DNA of 49,568 nucleotides from an uncultured Lachnospiraceae bacterium (GTDB lineage: Bacteria > Bacillota > Clostridia > Christensenellales > UBA1242). This document shows positions 42,098-49,568 of the stretch, piece by piece. The stretch's first letter is position 1; each line of letters starts with the position of its first letter. Where the stretch lies: the NCBI GenBank assembly GCA_964403245.1, contig CAYOEW010000002.1, forward strand, positions 1 through 49,568. Direction: 5' to 3'. Made by a program: the position numbers and the translations under genes. The notes under the pieces are model-generated. The model did not search any database. It was given only the letters and a program-made list of their open reading frames with translations, and was not told the origin of the DNA.

Positions 42098-43129
42098 TTA
42101 TGATTGACCGACAAGCGCATTCCAAGTGTTTTGCCCCACAATTCCGTCCGCGGAGAGAGAATTGTTTTGTTGGAAAGTTGTGACGGCAGATCTTGTTTGA
42201 GCACCGAAAATGCCGTCAATTGTTCCAACTGGAGCCAAATTACTTTCAAGAAGTCTTTGAAGAAATGTGACATATGTTCCTGTTGAACCTTGCCTTAAAA
42301 GTGGATATGGTGGCAAGAAAAGAAGAGTTCTCCAAGTGTTTTGACCAACAATCCCATCGACAGACAAACCGTTTCTTTGTTGGAAATTTCGAACAGCATT
42401 TTGAGTTCGACTTCCAAAAATTCCGTCAACAGAAACATTGTATCCGTTTTGATTTAAAATAAATTGCAACAGAAAAACAAAATTGTTTCGACTTCCATTT
42501 CGAATGAGTGGATAGTTTGAAAGATTGTTTCTTGGAACGAAATCCACATTTAAGAAATTGCAAACCCCTTCACAAGCTTCTTCTCCAACTTCAATTTGAA
42601 ACAATGGATTGATCATAAGTCGTGCTTCTCTCAAATTTGTCATAAATCCTGCTTCAATCAAAGCGGACGTGCAGTTTACATTTGACAATACGCCAACATC
42701 CAACGTCTTGACACCGCGTCCATTTTGCTGTGTTCCGCGAATCAAACTGTCATACAAATTTTGAGCCAAATTTTGACTTTGAGTTGCTCTGCGGTTGAGT
42801 GGGGAATAATAAACTTCAAGTCCAGAAGCAGAATTAAAATCTTCGCCAAATGCGTTGTAAGCAAAAGTGACAAGAAGTGTCAGATTTTGTCTGTTTATTC
42901 TTCTTATTCGCTCTGAAATTGAAACATCATAAAGTTCTGGTTTGACGTCATAGACAGAAAATCCGTTTCTTAAACACGCTTCAATAAAATAATTCTTTGC
43001 GGAGCGATTAAACTCGTTTTCATATATTTGTCGGTTAAGACCGGGCAAGACAGGTGTTCTTTTTCCCGGTGTTGGTGGGTTGACGCCATGTTCGTCATTT
43101 GCCCCTATGTAAAAATTATCGTTTGCCAT
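42098..43129 (-). CDS. N-acetylmuramoyl-L-alanine amidase (Amidase_3-like) with two C-terminal PG_binding_1 repeats and no signal peptide
   Basis: GANDEHGVNPPTPGKRTP and ALIEAGFMTNLREA resemble Amidase_3. The two repeats are LQFILNQNGYNVSVDGIFGSRTQNAVRNFQQRNGLSVDGIVGQNTW and LQRLLESNLAPVGTIDGIFGAQTRSAVTTFQQNNSLSADGIVGQNTW. GGGAG RBS. Confidence 0.85.
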   Translation of the reverse strand: MANDNFYIGANDEHGVNPPTPGKRTPVLPGLNRQIYENEFNRSAKNYFIEACLRNGFSVYDVKPELYDVSISERIRRINRQNLTLLVTFAYNAFGEDFNSASGLEVYYSPLNRRATQSQNLAQNLYDSLIRGTQQNGRGVKTLDVGVLSNVNCTSALIEAGFMTNLREARLMINPLFQIEVGEEACEGVCNFLNVDFVPRNNLSNYPLIRNGSRNNFVFLLQFILNQNGYNVSVDGIFGSRTQNAVRNFQQRNGLSVDGIVGQNTWRTLLFLPPYPLLRQGSTGTYVTFLQRLLESNLAPVGTIDGIFGAQTRSAVTTFQQNNSLSADGIVGQNTWNALVGQS

Positions 43130-43211
43130 ATCATCTCCCTGTGTATAGTATTTTTTGAGCCATACTCTTTTTTAATATATGAGATTGATTTGTTTTTTGT
43201 TAGTTTTGACC

Positions 43212-43240
43212 TTGATTTATTGTCCTGTGTGTGATAAAAT
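43212..43240 (+). promoter_or_regulatory. promoter positioned for a leaderless transcript
   Basis: TTGATT, 17 nt, TAAAAT with extended TG (TGATAAAAT). ATG 43247 is 6 nt after the -10 and has no SD. Confidence 0.55.
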
Positions 43241-43246
43241 CAAAAC

Positions 43247-43837
43247 ATGGGAAGATTAAGAAGGGACGATGAAGACGTCTATTACACATTCAAAGGTTTT
43301 CAAACAAGATGCATAAATCAAGGTTATGCTTTTCGTTTTGATGATGGGTTTTATGACTGTTTGACGCTTGCGATTGGAGATAAGACCGTTGGAGAAATGA
43401 TTCGTGACAGCGAAACAGTTGGGAAATGTTATTTTTACGCACTTTTGCTTTCAAGAGCAATCAAAGATGCCACGCTGGTGCATGGGTCTTTGCATAAGTT
43501 GGACAAAGAGATAAACGACCATCTTTATCAGGAATTTAAACATGCTTGGGTGGAAAAAGATGGATATGTTTTTGACACCACCGCGCGAATGGTTTTCAAA
43601 AAAGAAGTCTATTATCACAGAATGCAGGTGGAAGTTGAAAAAAGATATGAAAAAAGCGATCAGATGGAAAATCTGACCTTTGTCAAACTTGGAAAGTATG
43701 CGGTTTCTCTTCGCCCTGTTTTGAAGGACAGGTTTGAAAAGATTTGCAAAAAGTGGAATATTGACCCGCTGGATAAAAAAATCGAAGATGATGAAATTGA
43801 AATAAAAAATGAAACCTATAAGGAAAAATCCTTATAG
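43247..43837 (+). CDS. hypothetical protein with a transglutaminase/papain-like Cys-His-Asp signature
   Basis: GKCYFYALLLSRAI (Cys), then FKHAWVEKDGYVFDTT (His..Asp), with spacing as in transglutaminase-like cysteine peptidases. 196 aa, no signal peptide. Confidence 0.5.
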   Translation: MGRLRRDDEDVYYTFKGFQTRCINQGYAFRFDDGFYDCLTLAIGDKTVGEMIRDSETVGKCYFYALLLSRAIKDATLVHGSLHKLDKEINDHLYQEFKHAWVEKDGYVFDTTARMVFKKEVYYHRMQVEVEKRYEKSDQMENLTFVKLGKYAVSLRPVLKDRFEKICKKWNIDPLDKKIEDDEIEIKNETYKEKSL

Positions 43838-43847
43838 GTTTTTTGTT

Positions 43848-44402
43848 TTATTTTTTTGAAATGAATTTTTGATATGCGTTCCAAATGGCTTCTTCAACTT
43901 CTTCAATTGAGAGATTTGAACTGTCAATAACAAAATCGAATTGTGAAAGGTCATCGTTGTCAACATTATATATTTGCAAATATCTTTCGTTTTCAAGTTT
44001 TCGGCGATTCAAAAGTGAACGTTTTGCTTCGATTGGGTCAACAATTTTTTCCTTTCCTTCACGGTCAGATTTGATGAGTCGATTGACCATTTCTTCTTCA
44101 TTTATGTCAACAAAAACTTTGAAACTTTCTGGAACAAAATGCCAAGCAAGTCTGCTGTCAAAGATGATGTCTTCATCCTTGTGTTGTTCACCAAGTTTTG
44201 CGGTTTCATTGTCGATGAAGAAATCATATGATGGGTCATTCAAACAAAGTGCGTTGAATTCTTCGCTACTCAACCCGCGTCTTTTTGCTTCTTCCTTAAA
44301 GATGTCTCCCACTCCAATTCTGCGAAAATTTCGAGTTTTTTCCATAAGTTTTGCCACAGTTGATTTGCCACTGCATGGTTTTCCTGTTATCGTTATGTTC
44401 AT
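43848..44402 (-). CDS. cytidylate-kinase-like P-loop NMP kinase family protein
   Basis: MNITITGKPCSGKSTVAKLM (P-loop at the extreme N-terminus), 184 aa, AAGGAG RBS. Confidence 0.65.
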   Translation of the reverse strand: MNITITGKPCSGKSTVAKLMEKTRNFRRIGVGDIFKEEAKRRGLSSEEFNALCLNDPSYDFFIDNETAKLGEQHKDEDIIFDSRLAWHFVPESFKVFVDINEEEMVNRLIKSDREGKEKIVDPIEAKRSLLNRRKLENERYLQIYNVDNDDLSQFDFVIDSSNLSIEEVEEAIWNAYQKFISKK

Positions 44403-44542
44403 ATTGCTCCTTATTTCTTATAAGTATAAAACAATTTGGTGGGAAATCAAAATAATTTTGTGAATTTAATCAAAACAACTCAAAAAAATGTTGTGATTTT
44501 TTTGCAAATGTGGTATAGTTTTGTTAAAAGGAGAGAAATATA

Positions 44543-45355
44543 ATGCGCTCATGTGAAGCAACCGGGAAAAATATCGAACAAGCAATCGAAAATGCACTTT
44601 TTGAACTTAAAGCAGTAAGAGAAGATGTTGACATCAAAATTTTGAGTGAAGGTGGTTTTTTGAAGAAAGCCAAAGTTTTGGTTTCAATTTCAGAGGATGC
44701 TCTTGACAAATATGAAAAGAGAGAAAAATTGAAAGAAGAAATTGCTGACGAAGATTTTGCAGAAAACTTTGTTAAACAAAAAATCCAACAGGAAACAGAA
44801 AAAGAAGAAGTTAAGAAAGAAGAGAAAAAACAGCCAGAAAAGACAATCACAATTGTTGCTGATGAAGAATATGTGAAGCCTGAAAAGAAAGAAAATGCCG
44901 AAAATAAAATTTCAGCAGAAGAATTTATTGACGGGATTTTGAAATCTTTGAATTTGGAAGCAAATGTTGAAAAAACCGAAGATGAAAGATTTTGTTTCTA
45001 TTCTCTGACAGGGGAAAATTTGAACGACCTTATTGGACATCATGGAGAATGTATGCTTGCACTTTCTCAAATCATGAATATTGTTTGCAAAAATGAAGAC
45101 AGAAAAAGATTTGTTCTTGATGTTGAAAATTATCGCAAAAAGAGAGAAGAGAGTTTGATTGCTCTTGCAAAACGTGTTGCGAGCAAGGTTGCAAAAACTG
45201 GAAGATATTACAAACTTGAACCTATGGATGCAAGTGAGAGAAAAATCATTCATACGGCACTTCAAGATGATGACAGAGTGACAACACTCTCAAAAGGAGA
45301 AGAGCCAAGAAGATATTTGATTGTTTTCCCAAAAGAATATCGTGACAGAGATTAA
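44543..45355 (+). CDS. jag: Jag/KhpB RNA-binding protein (Jag_N, KH, R3H)
   Basis: The N-terminus ATGKNIEQAIENALFELKAVREDVDIKILSEG is followed by an E/K-rich linker. The C-terminal R3H is EPMDASERKIIHTALQDDDRVTTLSKGEEPRRYLIVFPK. AAAGGAG RBS. Confidence 0.88.
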   Translation: MRSCEATGKNIEQAIENALFELKAVREDVDIKILSEGGFLKKAKVLVSISEDALDKYEKREKLKEEIADEDFAENFVKQKIQQETEKEEVKKEEKKQPEKTITIVADEEYVKPEKKENAENKISAEEFIDGILKSLNLEANVEKTEDERFCFYSLTGENLNDLIGHHGECMLALSQIMNIVCKNEDRKRFVLDVENYRKKREESLIALAKRVASKVAKTGRYYKLEPMDASERKIIHTALQDDDRVTTLSKGEEPRRYLIVFPKEYRDRD

Positions 45356-45363
45356 AAATTTGG

Positions 45364-45388
45364 AAATCACCACTTTTGGTGATTTTTT
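45364..45388 (+). terminator. intrinsic terminator after jag
   Basis: AAATCACCA, loop CTTT, TGGTGATTT, then a T-run. Confidence 0.7.
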
Positions 45389-45477
45389 ATTTTGCATGGT
45401 CATCTGTTGTTAAAAAAATGATTAAAGATGTTTTGTAAATCACTTTTGTATTCAACAATTTCTTGATTTTTTCGACA

Positions 45478-46824
45478 ATGAGTGATATACTACAAAAGAC
45501 TATGGAAGAAGCGATTGTTTCAATCTCCACCCCGCTTGGAAGAGGGGCTGTGGCAATTGTGCGAATGAGCGGAAGCGGTGTGCTTGATGTTGCACACAGC
45601 ATTTTTTCTTTTGACGGAGAAGTTGAGCCACGCTATATGCACTTTGGAAAACTCAAACTTTTGAGCGGAGAAAAAGAAGAATGCCTTATGGTTTTCTTTA
45701 AAGAACCTTTTTCATACACCGGTGAAGACGTTGTGGAATTTCAAATTCATGGTGGAGTTTTGATTGCACAAAAAGTGGTTGAAACTTGTGTTGCGCATGG
45801 AGCACGATTGGCTGAACCGGGAGAGTTTTCAAAACGCGCATTCTTGAATGGGAAAATCACTCTTGACAAAGCAGAAGCGATTATCGGAGAAATCAACGCA
45901 GAAACCGAAGGTGAACTTCGAAGCAGTTTGCAAGTAACAAATGGAAAGTTGTCATCAAGAATTTCTGAACAACAAGAAAAAATCAAAACTTTGCTTGCTG
46001 AAATTGAAGTTGGAATGGACTATCCTGATGAAACAGAAGAAGATTTGTTGATTGAAAAAATTAAAAGTGAGATTTCCAAAATTGCAGAAGAAAACAAAAA
46101 AATCATCGACCAATCTCAAAGCGCGAGATATTTGAAAAACGGAATAAATGTTGCGTTGGTTGGAAAGACAAATGTTGGGAAGAGTAGCGTGATGAATGCT
46201 CTTTTGGGGGAAGACCGAGCAATCGTGACAGCAATTCAAGGAACAACACGTGATTCAATCACTGAAAGTTTTCTTTATGATGGAATCAAAATCAATTTGG
46301 TTGACACTGCTGGAATTCGTCAGACTGACGATGTTGTTGAAAGTATCGGAATTGAAAAAAGCAAACAAACTCTCGAAAATGCTGACCTTGTTTTGTTTGT
46401 TTTGGACGGAAGTGAAAAACAAAGTTTGGAAGATTTGGAAATCGAAAAAATGCTGATTGGGAAAAAAGTTGTTTTTGTTATCAACAAAAGTGATATGCCA
46501 AGAAAACTTGAAAACAAACCAAATGAAATTGTTGTTTCGGCGTTAAAGAATGAAAATATTGAAAATTTGAAAGACAAAATTGTCAAAATGGTGATTGAAA
46601 ATGAGATTGATTTTAACAGTCTTGTTCTTACAAATGAAAGACAAATTGGAATTCTTGAAAGCTCACACGAAGAAATGAATGAGATTGTGAAAAATGATCT
46701 TCCACTTGATATTTTGGCTATGAAAGTTAAGAATGTTTGGAAGACACTTGGAAAAATCACTGGAAATACAGAGAATGAAGATATTATTGATTTGATTTTT
46801 TCAAAGTTTTGTTTAGGGAAATAG
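45478..46824 (+). CDS. mnmE: tRNA modification GTPase MnmE
   Basis: TPLGRGAVAIVRMSG; G-domain GKTNVGKSS, DTAGIR and NKSD; C-terminal FCLGK. The start is uncertain (ATG 45478 or 45502; the ORF track gives TTG 45463). Confidence 0.92.
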   Translation: MSDILQKTMEEAIVSISTPLGRGAVAIVRMSGSGVLDVAHSIFSFDGEVEPRYMHFGKLKLLSGEKEECLMVFFKEPFSYTGEDVVEFQIHGGVLIAQKVVETCVAHGARLAEPGEFSKRAFLNGKITLDKAEAIIGEINAETEGELRSSLQVTNGKLSSRISEQQEKIKTLLAEIEVGMDYPDETEEDLLIEKIKSEISKIAEENKKIIDQSQSARYLKNGINVALVGKTNVGKSSVMNALLGEDRAIVTAIQGTTRDSITESFLYDGIKINLVDTAGIRQTDDVVESIGIEKSKQTLENADLVLFVLDGSEKQSLEDLEIEKMLIGKKVVFVINKSDMPRKLENKPNEIVVSALKNENIENLKDKIVKMVIENEIDFNSLVLTNERQIGILESSHEEMNEIVKNDLPLDILAMKVKNVWKTLGKITGNTENEDIIDLIFSKFCLGK

Positions 46825-46827
46825 AAA

Positions 46828-48705
46828 ATGAGTGTAAAAATTGAAAAGTTTGATTCAATCGTTATTGGTGCAGGGCATGCTGGTTGTGAAGCGGCCCTTG
46901 CTCTTTCACGCACCGGAAACAAAACTCTTCTTTTGACAATAAGTTTGGACGCAATCGCCTTTTTGGCATGCAATCCTTCAATTGGTGGAACTGCAAAAGG
47001 ACAGTTGGTCGGAGAGATTGATGCTTTGGGCGGAGAAATGGGGAAAAATGCCGACAAAACAGCCATTCAAATTCGAATGTTGAACCGCGGAAAAGGGCCG
47101 GCTGTTCAAAGTTTGCGTGCGCAGGCGGACAAAAATGCTTATCATCAAGAGATGAAAAAAACTTTGGAAAAAGAGAGTGATTTGTTTGTTCGTCAAGGAG
47201 AAGTGATTGATATTAAGATTGATGGTTGTGAAAAAATAATAACCACTCGCCTTGGCATGAAATACAGCGCAAAAAGTGTTGTTTTTGCCACTGGTGTGTA
47301 TTTAAAAAGTGAAATAATCATCGGAGATGTAAGAGAGAATGTGGGGCCAAATGGTTTCAAAAATGCTTCTCTTTTGTCTGAGAGTTTGGAAAAATTGGGG
47401 ATTAAGTTGTTGCGTTTTAAGACCGGGACCCCCGTTCGTCTTCATGCAAGAAGTGTAAATTATGATGCAATGGAGATTCAGGAAGGTGATGAAGATGTGA
47501 TGCCATTTTCTTTCATGACCGAAGAAAAAATCAAGAATAAATCCGTTTGCTATTTGACCTATACCACCCCGAAAACACATGAAATTATTCGTGCAAATTT
47601 GGACAAAGCGCCTGCAATTTCTGGGGAGATAAAAGGTGTTGGACCGAGATATTGTCCATCAATTGAAACAAAAGTTGTGCGTTTTGCAGACAAAGAAAGG
47701 CATCAACTATTCCTTGAACCAGAGGCGTTGGATACTGACGAAATGTATTTGCAAGGATTCAGCACATCCATGCCTGCGGAAATTCAAAAAGATATGGTTG
47801 AGTCATGTGTTGGGCTTGAAAATGCAGAGATTATGCGTGACGCGTATGCGATTGAATATGATTGTATTGAACCAACTCAACTCAAACCGACATTGGAACT
47901 TAAAACGATTGATGGGTTGTTTTTTGCTGGGCAAATCAATGGCACAAGTGGATATGAAGAAGCTGGGGCTCAAGGATTGATTGCTGGAATAAACGCAAAT
48001 CTTTTTAACAAAAAGAAAGAACAGCTTGTTTTGAAAAGAAGTGATGCATACATTGGTGTTTTGATTGATGATATTGTTACGAAAGGAACAAATGAACCTT
48101 ACCGAATGATGACAAGTCGCGCGGAATATCGTTTGCTTTTGCGTCAAGATAATGCGGATATGAGATTGACCGAAATTGGAAGAAAAGTCGGTCTTGTTGA
48201 TGATGAAAGATATGAAAAATTTCTGCTTAAAAAACAAAAAATGGCATTGATTGAAGAAAAACTTGACATGAAAGTGAAAGTTAATGAGTCTTTAAAGAAA
48301 ATTTGTGAAGAGAATAACGAAAATCTGCCAAAAGAAAGTATCAAATTGAGAGATTTGCTTAAAAGAAATAATATTGACATTTTCAAAATTGACGAAGTGT
48401 ATCATGTTTTTGATGAAGATGAGAAAGATTTGTTGGAGTTTGTGAACATTAAAATTAAATATGAAGGATATCTGAAACAACAACAAGAAGATGTTGACAA
48501 GATGTTGGCGAATGAAAATGTTTCAATCCCGGAAGATTTTGATTATTCATCTCTGCAGGGACTGCGTGCAGAAGCGATTGAAAAATTGCAAAAAATCAGA
48601 CCATTAAATCTCGGGCAGGCATCACGAATTTCTGGTGTGTCGCCCGCAGATGTTTCTGTGTTGTCAATTTTGGTAAAATCATACAAAAAGAAAAGGAATT
48701 TATGA
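46828..48705 (+). CDS. mnmG: tRNA uridine 5-carboxymethylaminomethyl modification enzyme MnmG
   Basis: FAD motif VIGAGHAGCEAA, GPRYCPSIE and 625 aa, as expected for GidA. Confidence 0.95.
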   Translation: MSVKIEKFDSIVIGAGHAGCEAALALSRTGNKTLLLTISLDAIAFLACNPSIGGTAKGQLVGEIDALGGEMGKNADKTAIQIRMLNRGKGPAVQSLRAQADKNAYHQEMKKTLEKESDLFVRQGEVIDIKIDGCEKIITTRLGMKYSAKSVVFATGVYLKSEIIIGDVRENVGPNGFKNASLLSESLEKLGIKLLRFKTGTPVRLHARSVNYDAMEIQEGDEDVMPFSFMTEEKIKNKSVCYLTYTTPKTHEIIRANLDKAPAISGEIKGVGPRYCPSIETKVVRFADKERHQLFLEPEALDTDEMYLQGFSTSMPAEIQKDMVESCVGLENAEIMRDAYAIEYDCIEPTQLKPTLELKTIDGLFFAGQINGTSGYEEAGAQGLIAGINANLFNKKKEQLVLKRSDAYIGVLIDDIVTKGTNEPYRMMTSRAEYRLLLRQDNADMRLTEIGRKVGLVDDERYEKFLLKKQKMALIEEKLDMKVKVNESLKKICEENNENLPKESIKLRDLLKRNNIDIFKIDEVYHVFDEDEKDLLEFVNIKIKYEGYLKQQQEDVDKMLANENVSIPEDFDYSSLQGLRAEAIEKLQKIRPLNLGQASRISGVSPADVSVLSILVKSYKKKRNL

Positions 48706-49400
48706 AAAATTTAGAAAAAATCTTCAAAAAATATGACTTTTTGTTAAATTCAGAGCAAATTTTTGCTTTTGAAAAATATTTTTCATTGCTTATCGAAACA
48801 AACAAAGTGTTAAATCTGACAGCAATAACAGAAGAAGATGAAGTTGTTGTTAAACATTTTTTGGACAGTGTTTTACCTCAAAAATTTTTTAAAGAAAATG
48901 CAAAAGTTGTTGATGTGGGAAGTGGTGCAGGTTTTCCAGCACTCCCATTGAAAATTATTCGTCCTGATTTGGATTTAGTGATGATTGACAGTCTTGGAAA
49001 ACGTGTAAATTTCTTAAACAACGTGATAAATTCTCTTAACCTGGAAAAAATTCAGGCTGTCCACGTTCGAGCAGAAGATTTTGCTTTGAAAAATCGTGAA
49101 AAATTTGATGTTGCAACTGCGCGTGCGGTTGCTCCGCTTGTGACTTTGGTGGAATATTTGCTTCCGCTTGTCAAAATTGGTGGGTGCGCGGTGATTTATA
49201 AGTCTACAAAAATTGATGAAGAGATTATTCAGGCAGACAAGGCAATTAAAATTCTTGGTGGAAAAATTGAAAAAGTTGAAAAATATTTTATTGAAGAAGA
49301 AAACTTGGAAAGAAATGTTTTGATTGTAAGAAAAATTTCAAATACCCCTTCAAAATATCCTCGCGGACAAAATAAACCAAAAAATTCTCCAATTTTATAA
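48702..49400 (+). CDS. rsmG: 16S rRNA (guanine527-N7)-methyltransferase
   Basis: NLTAITEEDEVVVKHFLDS and the SAM motif VVDVGSGAGFPALPLKI. ATGA overlap with mnmG. Confidence 0.92.
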   Translation: MKNLEKIFKKYDFLLNSEQIFAFEKYFSLLIETNKVLNLTAITEEDEVVVKHFLDSVLPQKFFKENAKVVDVGSGAGFPALPLKIIRPDLDLVMIDSLGKRVNFLNNVINSLNLEKIQAVHVRAEDFALKNREKFDVATARAVAPLVTLVEYLLPLVKIGGCAVIYKSTKIDEEIIQADKAIKILGGKIEKVEKYFIEEENLERNVLIVRKISNTPSKYPRGQNKPKNSPIL

Positions 49401-49410
49401 AAATTTCAAA

Positions 49411-49446
49411 AAATAAGCAAATTTATTGATTTTTTGCTTATTTTTC
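49411..49446 (+). terminator. intrinsic terminator after rsmG
   Basis: AAATAAGCAAA, 11-nt loop, TTTGCTTATTT, then a T-run. Confidence 0.65.
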
Positions 49447-49506
49447 TTTATTTTTTTTATTTTTTTATGTATAATTTATTTGAAAATATTTTTTAAAGGA
49501 ATTGAA

Positions 49507-49568
49507 ATGGGAAGAATAATCGCTTTTGCAAACCAAAAAGGTGGAGTTGGAAAAACAACAACTTGTGT
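49507..49568 (+). CDS. parA: ParA/Soj chromosome-partitioning ATPase (5' end only)
   Basis: MGRIIAFANQKGGVGKTTTC is the deviant Walker A of ParA. It sits in the conserved position after rsmG. Confidence 0.8.
   Translation, partial: MGRIIAFANQKGGVGKTTTC

Noticed and set aside
43885-44463. 192-aa plus-strand Ser-rich ORF
   Set aside because: It is antisense to the P-loop kinase-like gene, which has a proper RBS and motif.
46320-47066. 248-aa minus-strand ORF
   Set aside because: It is antisense to the mnmE/mnmG junction and has an S/F/I-rich antisense-type composition.
1-49568. Alternative genetic code (TGA=Trp, as in Mollicutes) or stop-codon reassignment
   Set aside because: All conserved genes (dnaA, mnmG, glyQS and others) and the 4717-codon ORF are intact under the standard code. 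TGA, TAA and TAG all serve as gene ends.
1-49568. parS sites (TGTTNCACGTGAAACA) near parA and the origin
   Set aside because: The few CACGTG occurrences (for example near 5045, 3960 and 46247) lack the flanking TGTTTCAC half-sites.

Overview
This AT-rich window uses the standard genetic code and looks like the replication-origin neighbourhood of a cell-walled, low-GC (Bacillota-like) bacterium. The origin core reads recF(-) | dnaA(+) | oriC-like DnaA boxes plus an AT-rich unwinding element | dnaN, rpmH, rnpA, yidD, yidC (all +). Next comes a 3-gene insert: a signal-less amidase, a transglutaminase-like protein and a cytidylate-kinase-like ATPase. It is followed by jag, mnmE, mnmG, rsmG and the start of parA. 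Left of the origin is a truncated dcw block on the minus strand: a 975-aa CvpA-like membrane protein, rsmH, an FtsL-position protein and a class B PBP with a PASTA domain. Further left are a YugP-like metallopeptidase, a small Cys-rich protein, a processive GT2 synthase, glyQS and a YbiT-like ABC-F ATPase with one degenerate ATP site. Over a quarter of the window is one 14.15-kb gene (7412..21565, minus) for a 4717-aa, N-terminally anchored protein with no domains I can recognise. That gene carries internal repeats, and its stop codon overlaps the start of cardiolipin synthase. The far left holds tRNA-Arg(UCG), a YgjV-like membrane protein behind a ~300-nt leader, an orphan VirD4/TraG-type coupling ATPase and several family-less ORFs. 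The observations most worth follow-up are the giant gene and its repeats, a G7/C7 tract inside the promoter spacer of the GT2 synthase (candidate phase switch), three consensus promoters placed to give leaderless mRNAs, the inverted dnaA-dnaN cassette, and the asymmetric ABC-F. No CRISPR array, rRNA gene or transposase was seen. All calls come from reading the sequence and the ORF track by eye; no searches were run.
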